Assembly: GCA_008632985.1 (NCBI GenBank) | Contig: QPGO01000017.1 | Span: 186,001-250,000 of the forward strand | Length of the DNA: 64,000 bases | Direction: 5' to 3' | Source of the DNA: Psammoneis japonica | Lineage: Eukaryota | Shown here: piece by piece, positions 34,064 through 45,531 of the stretch | How positions within the stretch are numbered: the stretch's first letter is position 1 | How the letters are laid out: each line of letters opens with the position of its first letter | Translations under genes and position numbers: made by a program | The notes under the pieces: model-generated | What the model saw: the letters and a program-made list of their open reading frames with translations, nothing else | What the model was told of the DNA's origin: nothing | The model's database searches: none

Positions 34064-37000
34064 ATGGAGGCACTAGGTCGAGTAGATGAACGACCGGAGG
34101 TCGAAGTCGGAGCATCAGCTTCTGACAGAACGTTAGGCAGCGACGGCGACGTGCACACACCGCTCGAGGACTTTTCAGCGACGCGTCGACGTAGTAGCTT
34201 CACAGTGGAAAGTTTGGGAGACAGCGCATCGAGTGTTACAACTAGTGATGGCGAGGTTGCGGGGGCTGTCGAGTCTTCCGAGGATATTGAGGAAGGAGCT
34301 GCACCCAAGGGACCCAGAAATCGACGGCGTTCGAGTGTCTCTGTAAGGAGCAGTAGCGGCCAGTCATATTCCTCTGCACAGTCATACGGTAGCGAATCGA
34401 CACACAGGCAACGAGGACGACGACGAACCAATATGGGAAAGCAGTCAGGCAGCGGAAGTAGTGGTGCTGATGGCGATTCTCACTCTATCGAGGAGTCATC
34501 AAGTAGCGTGATAGGAAACGCTGGAAGAGTTGGAAAGTCCGTACGGAGAGCCAGTATTAACTTAGCGTCCGTAGCTGGATCATCATTTGATATCTCCTCT
34601 AGGACGCTGAGCTCTGCCGTAGAGACTCTTGGTAAGGAAACGAGCGATTGGGAAAACGTGGCAGCCGCGGCTTCAATTGTAGCGGTAGCTGAGGGCGGCG
34701 GACAACGCAAGCACATGCTTTTCTCTGTCAAGGATAAAGTGCTAGTATTCTTGACTCTGCTAAATCATACCAACCAAGAAGATGAACAAGAAGATTTCAC
34801 CGTCAACCCCGTAAACAAATTCGGTTTCCCCAAGGGGAGTGGCAAGGCGATCCATGAACAGCAGGGGCCCTACAACTACGTGCTCTGTACCGTGTTAAAG
34901 GTACACTTCGATGAGGATGATCGATACTACACTGTTGCAAGGGCCGACACGGGGACGGAACAACGTGCGGACTCAGGTAAGCCATCTTCCTTGCATGCTT
35001 TCTTCCTGAGTAATATCGATTGCTAAGTTTGTTCCTTTCGTGCTTTAACGAAAAGCTTGGATGGAACCACTGAGATCTGTACATGGATTGGAAGAGGCCA
35101 TGAAAGCGGCAAAGCAAACTGGCAGGTCTATCTCGATGGAGGATTCAATGGAAAAGCCGAATCGAGGACTGAAGAAGTACTTCGATAGATGCATCATGTC
35201 TATTCATAGCTATGTGAAGAAGGTTTTGCTTCCATTTTATCGCAGAATCCGCCTAAGCGCGAAAGAAAAATTGACGCACGTCTTACAGGGAGACAACCCG
35301 TTTGCCTGTAAATTCAGATTCACGTCTATCAATTTTTTGGTACTCTGCAGTTTCATCTACCTATTCCTTGAGGTCATACAGTATTCCTTTTTCCCGTCGA
35401 GTTGGGATTATGGCCTGACTATTGTTTCACTGTATGTTCGAGTTTGCAAATTTGCTTGACTCTTTCTTTTCCATGTATATCGTTCTCGTGCTAAACGTTC
35501 CTTTTGTCCATACAGGGTTGCGTGGTGCGTCCTAGTTCTTGAGCTTTTCTTTGAATGGGCAATTAGGCCTTCGGATTACTTCGCAAAGATTACATCAGAG
35601 TTGGCCTATGCTCCTTCGACAGCCCGCCATATTAACAGGTTTCATTTGGTGACTGAATCAATTGCCTTACTGCTGTTTATTCCTCAATTCGATTGTATTG
35701 CCACCGGTCAATGTGGAAAAGCCACGATTTTCACTACGCTCGATGCAGCGTTAGCCGCAATCCTTGGGCCAGACCTGTCAGATGCCGTTTACGGTAGAGT
35801 TGTTATCGGACTTTCTGGGTTTCGTTTTGTTGGACTCGTTCGTCACTGGAAGGAGATGTGGCTTACCCACACCTTCACAGACCACGATGCTGCCCTTGAC
35901 TACAGGTTCTTGCACGACCTGCTCATAAAGCGTTGGGTACCCGGTTCGAAACCATCTTTTCGTCAACAAAAGCTTCAGGAGAAGTCAGAGGTGAGTGCTG
36001 CCGGAGTCTATCGCCAGCGAGAATCATAGGTGGAGTTTTTCTCATCGTGCTCTCGTTTGCACCTCACTATCGACGACTAGGATGACGAATACACGTACGC
36101 TGACGTAGCAGAGCCAGAGATGAGCGAAGAAAACCAAGAGTTAACGAAAGCTGCAACAATTGGAACTGCTCTCATGGTTGTGAACTCGCATCGATTCATG
36201 GTTATATTGTAAGTGAACGGCATTCAAGTGCTTCAAAAGTCATTTTCTTACCTCTCATTTATGGCTACGCCTCCCCTGTCAACAGAGTTTCCATCATGAC
36301 TTTGCTACCAATGATCATGGTACTCGAAGGAGTCAACAATGTTTCTCCGAAAGCTGTGGACCTTTTGCAAGTGAACAACGTAGTAGCTGGAGACGATTGC
36401 GCCTACTTTGGCACCGCCGTCCGCTCTTGGCTGCGGACCTTCGCCCTTGTTCAGACGAACTCTAATACGAGGTTTGATGAGGACACTTACGTGCTTTGGG
36501 CTCAAGTGCTCCCGGTACGATGTAGTTTTCAGGACGAAGATGGTGTAATTACACGATGTCGAGATCTTCTCCTTTCTGCGCCAGATGAAACGATTAAAAA
36601 AACCTGTGAATTCTGGGCGGATGGACCGAATGCATCGGAAGCAACACCAGAGTTCTTTGCTGATCGTATGGATGTACGAGTTGGAGGAATCGTCACTATT
36701 GTCGCCGATAACGTCACCAACGTAGAGAATGTCACAGCTGGCGATTTCTATGTCCGTGTCATGTTCAACCAAAACAACGTTGTGACACTGACGTGAGTAG
36801 CTTTCTTTCTTTGTCCCGTTAGGTTTCTACGTGTATATATTTTCTCACTCTCGTCTGTTGTTTCTTCACCAGAAACTTTACTTTGTTCCTGCTACTTCTG
36901 TCCTTTCTCTGTTTCACGCTTTGGGGTTTATCTGTGTTGAGGTTCGATGCGCGACGTCTTGTCCTTGATCCTCTTCAACGAATGCTAAAGATAGTTATCC

Positions 37001-38583
37001 GATGTAAGTATTGCGAATCAGCGAATCGTGGTGTCAAGAAGGGTTTCTGGTCTTCTTTGTTGCTCAAACAATACATCTCTTCTTGCTCCTTGTGAACACT
37101 CATAGATGCGGAGAACCCCCTCGCAAAGACGCCAAGACAGAGAACTTACACGAACCGCCAACATAATGAGGTCGGGGACTCAAGTACAAAGCAACTTGGA
37201 AACTACGAAACCGAACAGCTCATTAATGCAATCACCAAGATCGCAGACCTTTTGAGGAAGTGCTGGGGTATCGCTGGAGCAGATATTATCTCTTCAACTC
37301 TCGCAAGGAGCCGAGAAGGAAAAAGTGCTGTCTTCAATGTCACCGCGAAAGGCAAACGAGTCTATGCGCTGTTTGGCTTTGTCGGCATCATTGGATTTAG
37401 TGAGCTCTTACGTGCTCTCGACCGCGATGTCATGATATTGATTAACGACGTGGCCAAAGTGGTCCACGACAACGTCTTTCGGTGGGGCTTGGGGGATTCC
37501 GGACAGTGCAACAAGAATCTTGGTGGTGCGTTTCTCATGGTTTATCGAATTGGCGATTTCGATGAAGTCCGTGAGAGACAGAAGAGAGCTACAGATGTTG
37601 TTTTCGAGGCAAGAGACAAAGGAATTAGGAAGAAGACTTCAAATTTGCGTCGTCGGAAGGGGCACAGCAGCCATGGTCAGACCGTAGGCAGTCGCGACCG
37701 ACGGAGTGCAATGTACGACGATACTCTTGCACTCGCTTCTTTGCCAGGTATCCAGTCATTCACAGATCGGGCACTACTCGGGATGCTGAAGGCGTTTGCT
37801 GGCCTATATCGAGAGCAGAATCTCCAGAGATGGTGCAGAGACTTTCGTCTTGGGGCGGGAGTTGGAGCATTCTCCGTTGAGATAATGGTTGGAATGGATG
37901 CCGGCTGGGCAGTGGAGGGTGCTGTCGGTAGCGAGTACAAAATTGATGCGACTTACTTGTCGCCACACGTCAACATGGCCGCTCGAATGATGACAGCTAG
38001 TCAGCAATATGGTGTTACAATACTTATGAGCCAAGCAGTCGAAGAATTGCTGTCGGTGACTGCGCGGTCCAAGCTTCGCCACCTGGATACAGTTTTTGTA
38101 AAAGGGAGTCAGGTGAAGCAAAGAATATTCACGTACGACGCCAAGAGCGCAGGAGTTGATTTCTTCTTGTTTGACAAGAGCGACGAGCAAGCTGACCAGG
38201 ACTCAGAGAATTACACTCAGCAAATATGGGACGTGGATCAAGATCTCATTTCCATGAGACAGCATGTGACGGAGAAGTTCCAGAACAAGTTCGAGAGGGG
38301 TAAGAGACAATACCTGGCTGGTAATTGGAAAGCTGCCATTGAAACTCTGAAAGAGGCTGATGATATTATGATTTTAACAGTTCTCGAGGAAGGCTACATC
38401 GACTACAACCCGGACGAGATCGACCCGAGGATCTTCGATCGCAAGAACGTGAGTGACGAATTTTTACGAATGAGGCAAGACCTGGGAGATGGTGCATGCA
38501 AGACGCTGATCAAATACATGGAAAATCGAAAGGGCAAGCCCCCTCCAGATTGGGACGGTGTTCGCCCATTGACAAGCAAGTAA
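34064..38583 (+). CDS. Multi-exon membrane class III nucleotidyl cyclase (Paramecium/Plasmodium AC-alpha-like), metal-binding Asp residues apparently lost
   Basis: TM exons, then YETEQLINAITKIADLL, GIAGADII, GKRVYALFGFVGIIGFS, IN.VA.VVH, NKNLGGAFLMV, GWAVEGAVGSEYKIDATYLSPHVNMAARM, VKGS, GACKTLIKYM, PPDWDGVRPLTSK. Confidence 0.85.
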
Positions 38584-38617
38584 TTGGGACGGTGTTCGCC
38601 CATTGACAAGCAAGTAA
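38549..38617. repeat. Perfect 34-bp tandem duplication spanning the cyclase stop codon
   Basis: attgggacggtgttcgcccattgacaagcaagta twice. Confidence 0.95.
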
Positions 38618-38818
38618 GACAATAGTGAATTTATTCATTGTGTTGTGCTGACCGAAACTGAAGTAGATGAAATGCAGTGGATACCAATAGTCATTCAATA
38701 AGGTAGATAGGCATGAGAGAGTTGGAGTAAAAAAGCATTGCAGAGACCTCCTGTCTAAGCTCGTTTTGATTAGAAGTACTAATTGGGCGGTGACGGTGGC
38801 AGTTCCAACTGATCTATA

Positions 38819-39340
38819 TCAAACATTTCCCGACTCGTCCGACATCTGCTGGTGTTCCTTCTCTAATTCAGCAATTTTGTTGTCAATCGTCCTTCCGAAA
38901 TTCTCAAGATTTGTTTCATTTTCCTGCATGCTGTCTTTCAACTCGCCGATAGAGGTTCGTAGCTGAGAGAGCCTATCTTGAAATTGCAGTGTCCATTCCG
39001 ACATCCCATCGCCTTCGGTTTCCTGGCTCTCCTGCGCCAACTTGGATTCTAGTGCCTTTTGTTCCTCCGCTACAGAAGCCACGGAACGAGCACTCCACGC
39101 GAGCATCTCTTCTATAGACATGTTTTCAACCGATTCCACAGTGAGTTCATTGCTCGTACTTCCAAAAGCGTCTAGATTCTGCTGGTGGCTGGGTTGGGGA
39201 GGTGGTGGAGGCACAGGCGACGGTTGTGGCGGCTGCGGGGGTGGCGGCGATTCGTCGAACCAAGAGTTGTGCTGCTCCGTTGAGTCTGCAGAAACGCTAC
39301 CAGCATGGGTTGCAACGTTGGACCACATCGTGAATGCCAA
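38819..39340 (-). CDS. Hypothetical Pro-rich / coiled-coil protein (ends uncertain)
   Basis: 173-aa ORF with PPPPQPP tract and heptad-like acidic C-terminus; no family recognised. Confidence 0.5.
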   Translation of the reverse strand: MAFTMWSNVATHAGSVSADSTEQHNSWFDESPPPPQPPQPSPVPPPPPQPSHQQNLDAFGSTSNELTVESVENMSIEEMLAWSARSVASVAEEQKALESKLAQESQETEGDGMSEWTLQFQDRLSQLRTSIGELKDSMQENETNLENFGRTIDNKIAELEKEHQQMSDESGNV

Positions 39341-39838
39341 TGAAGGAAAGACGGAATTGCTATGGCCGAGTCGTCACACGAGAACAGCAGCTTGTATGGC
39401 ATACCATATGGCGGCCTTCAGCGGCTTTGGCAGTCATCGTATCTGCGTTGTTGCGCATTTTCGTTTTTTTCTCCACCCATCCCGCCCTGTTAAAGGACAG
39501 ACGCTTAATTATAACCTAAATCAATGATTACAGTAATCAATTTCACAAATAATTATTCACATGGATACAGAAACTCAATATAACATTATCTGTGAATAAA
39601 TAGGTAAATCTCTCACAAGTACACTTAAACAGTGTATATGAGTGTATGATATCAAACAACCATTCATTTTAATATCTGCCAACGACTACGCCATACAATT
39701 GCTACATACACAACGAATATACTGACAAATCCGTAAAAGGATTTTGATTTGAATTCCTCCAACGGCCGGCGTGCTCTCAACAAAACTGCCGTTTGCTTCC
39801 AAGCGAAGAGACATCACAAGAGAACGAACGCGAGCACC

Positions 39839-42800
39839 ATGGCAAGCGATACAACGGGATTTCCTATCCCGGCGTCTCTGCAGGATCTAGAACGCGATCC
39901 TTACAACCTTCTTCCGTACCCGATCGATTTTGATGATGACGACGAGGCGGCTCGAGCAGATTCCTTCAACGCATTGGTGCATTTAGTCGAACAGGGCAAT
40001 CGTTCCTTGATGAGTGGGGGGATTTCGCTCTTTGAGAAGACGAACAGTGAAGATGAACAGTGGATGGACGAGGATCGAGTCCAGGCGCTCTATACCCTAG
40101 TAAGGTGGGTAAAGATATCACGCGTGCAGGTATTTTGCCGTATACATACTCTCTTCTCACCGACATGTGTTTGTTCGTTTCGCGGATACTTCAGAAAGTC
40201 GTCTTCAATAGCTCCAGGAACAAGAAAGCGACTCGTTGCAGCTCTCTGTCAGGCAGTAGAGGGACTGTCTAGCATTCTTGCTACATCTGCGCAAGATGCA
40301 TCGACCGAGGAGCCAGATCCATCCAACCAAGTCGTCGTACCTCAAGAATTCCGTGACGCGTTTGCCTGTCACTTGTACATGCTTTTTTCGATCATGTTTT
40401 TTACTGAGTCAGAAGCAAAAGGAGGAAAGGGACTTGGTGGTAAGGCTGTGGCTAGTCGGTCCGATGACAAGAATGAGACGGCCGAGGTGATATCTTCGAG
40501 AGCAGCTTGTGCACAGGCAATGCTCGCTGCAGCCCAGTCAATGGGAAAGCACAAATCAAGGCTTTGGAAAAGGGGAGTCCCAGACGAAGCTGTCATTGGT
40601 TTGCCGTGTCGAATCGCTTACCAAATGTTGGAGGGTGCGACCGGTGTCGTCGCAAGGAAAGCAGCGTCTGCCGACGAAGCTCTGGCGATGATATCGGCAA
40701 CTGTGGACTCTGCAGACTGTCTACTTGGTACCGTCGTGGCGGCACTGATGGATCTGCTTCATTCCTTTGAGCACATTGCTCCATTGGTTGCCGAACTTTG
40801 TGATATGTCCACAGATGCTAATAATCGTCTTGCAATTGAGTTACTCAGGGAGATTGAACGCCTCGATACCGCTTCAACTTCTAGTTCCCACGATACCGGC
40901 GGAAAGGCGAGCGGGGTACGAAATGTTGCGCCATTCATAAGCGAGATCGCTGCCGTCCGGCCTCGCGTTGTCCTATCGAACATTTCTTTGATTCTTCCGC
41001 ACCTTGATTCAGAGCCTTACAGTCTGCGATCTGCAATCGTGGTGGCCATTGGCCGCATTCTTGCTAATATCGGTGAGACCGAAAGAGTTGAAAGGACTTC
41101 GAACCTAGGGAATATGGAAGAAGCGAGCTCGGAAGAGAATAGCACGCTAAACCTGACAAAGTCGCGTGATGCTCTCTTTGATGTATTATCAAAAAGGGTT
41201 CACGACGTGAGCTCCTTCACGAGGGCAGCTGTACTAAAGGCGTTTAACGGTCTCACTCAGAACCAATCGATTCCGCTTGAGAAAGTGAACTCTGTTACCG
41301 CTCTTGCCATTGATAGGCTCAAAGATAAAACTGTCATGGTTCGAAGGACAGCTATGCAGGTATGTAAGCTTGCCTGCTAATTCTAATCATGTTGGAACTG
41401 AAACTAACAAACCGTTTTCGTTTGCTGTCGCTCAGCTTCTGACGTCGCTGCTCGAAAATAACCCGTTTCTGGGTTCTTTAGATCCCGAACCTTACAAACG
41501 CAAGTTATCGGAGCTATTTGAGTTTATCAGATCAAACCTTCCGACCGATATCAAGGAAGCGTACGAGAGCGCTTTGGCTGATGCAGGCGATGACGCAGAC
41601 TCTGAGATTCTCCGGGAAGTTGACCACGCTGCAGTTAGTGCAGCTGTAGCGGAGGGCATTTCAAAGGATCTATCTGTGGACCTCACGGAAGAAGAGAAGA
41701 ACTTTTGCTCCAAGTGTAAGGCAGTTGAATTCTCTCAGGCAGCGCTTGATTTCATTGAACTATTTGAGCTGTCCCATCAAACATTCCAAGGCATGCTCCT
41801 TTCGGCGACTTCGAGCGACGTCACCGAAGCACTCCGATTCTTTGTTCGGGCCCGACATTTTCAACTTCCGTGCGCAATTACAGGAGTTAAACATGCCCTT
41901 CCACTCATGTGGTCAACTGAACCTGCAATCAAGGACGAGGTTCTGAAGACATTCGTCGAAGTTTTCATTGCAGTACCAGGGACTGACGGAAAGGAACCTC
42001 TCCCAGACAACAAGATAGCACACAACCTTCTTGTTCTAGCTGGGCGCGCATCACTAAGCGAGCAAGCTTCCATCGAAGAAGCTCTTGGCAAGCTTGTGAG
42101 GGATGAAGTCATCCCCGTTGATGTTTTTCTTATCCTATGGTCAATAGCTTCAAAAGCTTCTGGAGAGGCTAGAGCCGCGGCAATGCTAGTCTTGTCAATG
42201 GCAGCCAGTGCCAACCCTAGTATTGTCGACAGTGCAAGCCGATTGAGATTGCTTCTAGAGTCTGGTCTTGGAGATTATACAGAAGAGCACCGAGATTGGC
42301 GGACGGCTCGTTCTGCTGCTTGCGCGCTCCAGCGAATCGCAAAGGTCAACGCCGAGCCCGCATCCGCAAGATTTATTGTTTTGGAGCAAATTGTTGATCG
42401 GCTCTGCGCCATCGTGAGGGGCGATTGGTGCATAGACAGCAGTAGTAAAGATACGCGAATGTGGTTCTCGACAGCTGAACAAGCTATTGATGCTCTGTTT
42501 GTCGTTTGTCCAGAGCCAGAAGTTACAAGCGCCGCCATTATCAGGGAAATGGCCACCGCCACATTTGGAAACGACGAGAACGATGCACCGTCATGTCATT
42601 CGCAACGGCTCGCGCGGTTCTTTTTTGTGGTTGGACACGTAGCCTTGAAGCTGCTTGTATATACTGAATCAATCAGTGCTTCGGTGCGACGGGGAAACGC
42701 CAACAAGTCTCTGAAGATGCAAGAAATGGCGGATAACGACAAGGTACAAAGACAATCTTTACCACAAGATTCTTCTACCGAGGAAGATGAAGATGCCATT

Positions 42801-43976
42801 GAAGAAGAGTTGGGAATTGCGGCAGAGGTTGAAGCTGAGAACGAAAGAAAGCTTGCCGACATATCCGAGAAAGAGATTGTAAGTCGCGGTCTAATTGGCG
42901 TGTATGGACCACTACTAGTAAGGGTCGTGGGAAACGATGGCGGATGCTTCAATTCCGAGATTCTAGTGCAGAGTGCTACTTTGGGGCTCTGCAAGTTGAT
43001 GTGCATTTCAAGTTCTTTCTGCGAGAAGCATCTTCCACTTCTTTTCACAGCTCTTGCAAATGCTCCGTCGGAAGATACAACGCTCAGAGCAAACACCGTG
43101 GTCGCTCTTGGTGATCTCGCTTTCAGGTTTCCCAACGAGGTGGAACCGTACACACCACGCCTCTACGCTTGCCTTCGTGACAGCTCCACCAAGGTTAGGC
43201 GCCACACATTGATGGTGCTCACCCACCTAATTCTCAACGATATGGTAAAGGTGAAAGGGCAGGTCTGCGAAATTGCCATGTCTTTGCAAGATGACGATGC
43301 CAGGATCCGCGATATGTCAAGACTTCTCTTCCACGAGCTCAGCAAACGAAGCAACAACCCGATCTACAACCTCCTTCCAGATATTGTCAGCCAGCTCAGC
43401 CAAATGTCTCTCAGGAAAGAGAGTTTTCGAACTATCATGTCGTTCTTGTTGGGATTCATCAAGAAGGAACGTCAGATCGAGATGCTTGTGGAAAAGCTAT
43501 GCCACCGTTTTCCAAAGTGCACCACAATATCACAGAAAGCTGACATTGCCTTTTGCCTAGCGCAACTGAAAATGAGCGAGAAATCAATCAAAGCTCTGAA
43601 TGATCTATTCAAGCTCTATAAGGACGCACTCTTCGACGACGATGTGCGAAAGAGCTTCGTTTCCATTGTCACAAAAACCAGGAAAACAGCAAAGCCCGAG
43701 TCAAAGGAGTGTCTTGACGAGTGGGATGCTAAACTGAACGAGCACGCCGCGGTGGGAGTGGAAAATGAACTAGCCGGTCAGAAGGCAGAGCGCGCAAAGT
43801 CGAAGGCTTCGAAACGAGCGGCTCGGAAGAAAAAGGGGCAGGCAAAAGAGTCTCTGTGTGACGAGGACAAAGAAAATGAGACACAGGTGCATCGCCCGCG
43901 CACCAAGTCGAGCAGACCTAGATCAACACGAAGACGAACTGGCTCAGCTTCACTGGCCAAAGGGAACAGGGGTTGA
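39839..43976 (+). CDS. NCAPD2: Condensin I complex subunit 1 (CAP-D2/Cnd1)
   Basis: HEAT repeats: ESEPYSLR-like segment, RVHDVSSFTR, RLKDKTVMVRR, LLENNPF, SDVTEA, ATLGLCKLMCISSSFCEKHL, RANTVVALGDLAFRFPN, VLTHLILNDMVKVKGQ, IYNLLPDIVSQLS. Introns ~40104-40194 and ~41360-41435. Confidence 0.95.
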
Positions 43977-44414
43977 GTAAACACTCAAAACTAAGGGAGG
44001 TAGGCTATGTACTGTACCGTTGGTTTGGGGCACTCGAGCTATACTGTAGGAAAATCTTTTCGATTGTGCTTGGCTTTGGTATGCATGTTTCACACTTTAA
44101 AGTTTCGATAGAACGCCTTTGCAGAACCGCTTTGTGTTTGTTCAAGTCTACTACGAGGTTTCTACCGTACCGTTCTCGTCAAACATATTCCGGTTTGATC
44201 CCTACATGTACGGTATAAGGATCGATTAGAAGACCCGGAGGATATGGAATGTGAAGACATCATGGTCTGTTTTGTCAGGGTAGACCTGCGTTTGGTGCGG
44301 CAGCACAGACAGCCACCAAAGTCCACTCAACTTTTATCATCATTGGTGTTGGTGGGCTCACAATCCGTAGGTACCGTAGGCTCTAGATATACAGGTCCCG
44401 GCAGCTATTAGGGT

Positions 44415-44830
44415 AGAGATGATCTACCGCAGTACTTTTAGCTACGATAGTCTACCGGGACCGTGCGTTTCTTGCTACGTACAAAATAGAAAAGACCATA
44501 CCGGTAGCATGCGTATATCTCTAAACTATCTATGGGTACGAGTAAGTGAGTAGTACCGTAGAGAGAAGTGCAGCTAGGTCCCTACCATAGCAAGGATTCG
44601 GTCCCTCTACGTCGTAAATGCCGTGGTTGAAGAGATGATCTACCACAGTACTTCTAGCTAGTCTACCGGGACCGTGCTTTTCTTGCTACGTACAAACTCT
44701 AGAAAAGACCATGTCGCTAGCATGGTAAATCTCTAGTAGACTATCTATGGGTACGAGTAGAGTAGTACCGTAGAGAACTGTACAGCCAGGTCCCTACCAT
44801 AGCAAGGACTTGGTCCCTCTACATCGTAAA
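44415..44830. repeat. Diverged ~215-bp tandem duplication, non-coding, TpA-rich
   Basis: agagatgatctacc...aggtccctaccatagcaagga...ggtccctctac.tcgtaaa at 44415-44618 and 44632-44830. Confidence 0.9.
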
Positions 44831-45531
44831 GTTAGTAGAGGGCCCTCTCGCTCTACCTACACAGTAGAAGTAATTACACATGCTCGCTCGTGTTGACAAG
44901 AGCAAGAAATACAGTACAGTATGAAAATTGTGAGCAAAACTGCCTGTCCAACGAACGACAAATAGAAGTATATATAAATATATATGTGCATTGATATTCC
45001 TTTGCAAAATCTTCTGTTTTTATAAAGTTATCATCTATATATACGTGGAAAACTAAATAGTTTGCTACAAAATGAATATGTGTATACTTAGTACAATCGC
45101 TACGCTTCGAATTCGGCAGGCAGGATACGATCTCTCTCTATCTTCTATCAATCAAAGTACAGTACCAGGCCACGCGTAGAAATCACGTGGCGGTACAACT
45201 GCCCCCCCCCGCCCGCGCTTCATTCGGTCACACAATTTTTTCATGCTCGTGAGTTTCACGTTTTGCTTTTTGTCATATCGTCGCAACATTGTCCCCTACG
45301 TTCCCTAGTTTGCGCGTTACCCAACCACTATATCCTTGTTGAAAAGGTAGTCAGTTGTAAGTGAGTTTCGCTTTGCCATGTAATTTGTTTGACGGATGAT
45401 ACATTCAGGTCGAGTCGTTCTCTCCTTTTTTGTGGGTATACTGCGCTCCTCGTACACTTCTACGTAGTTTCTTCAACTCACAACTCACGTGCATTTCGCC
45501 CGCATGCACAGCTCGATTAACTATTTCGACA

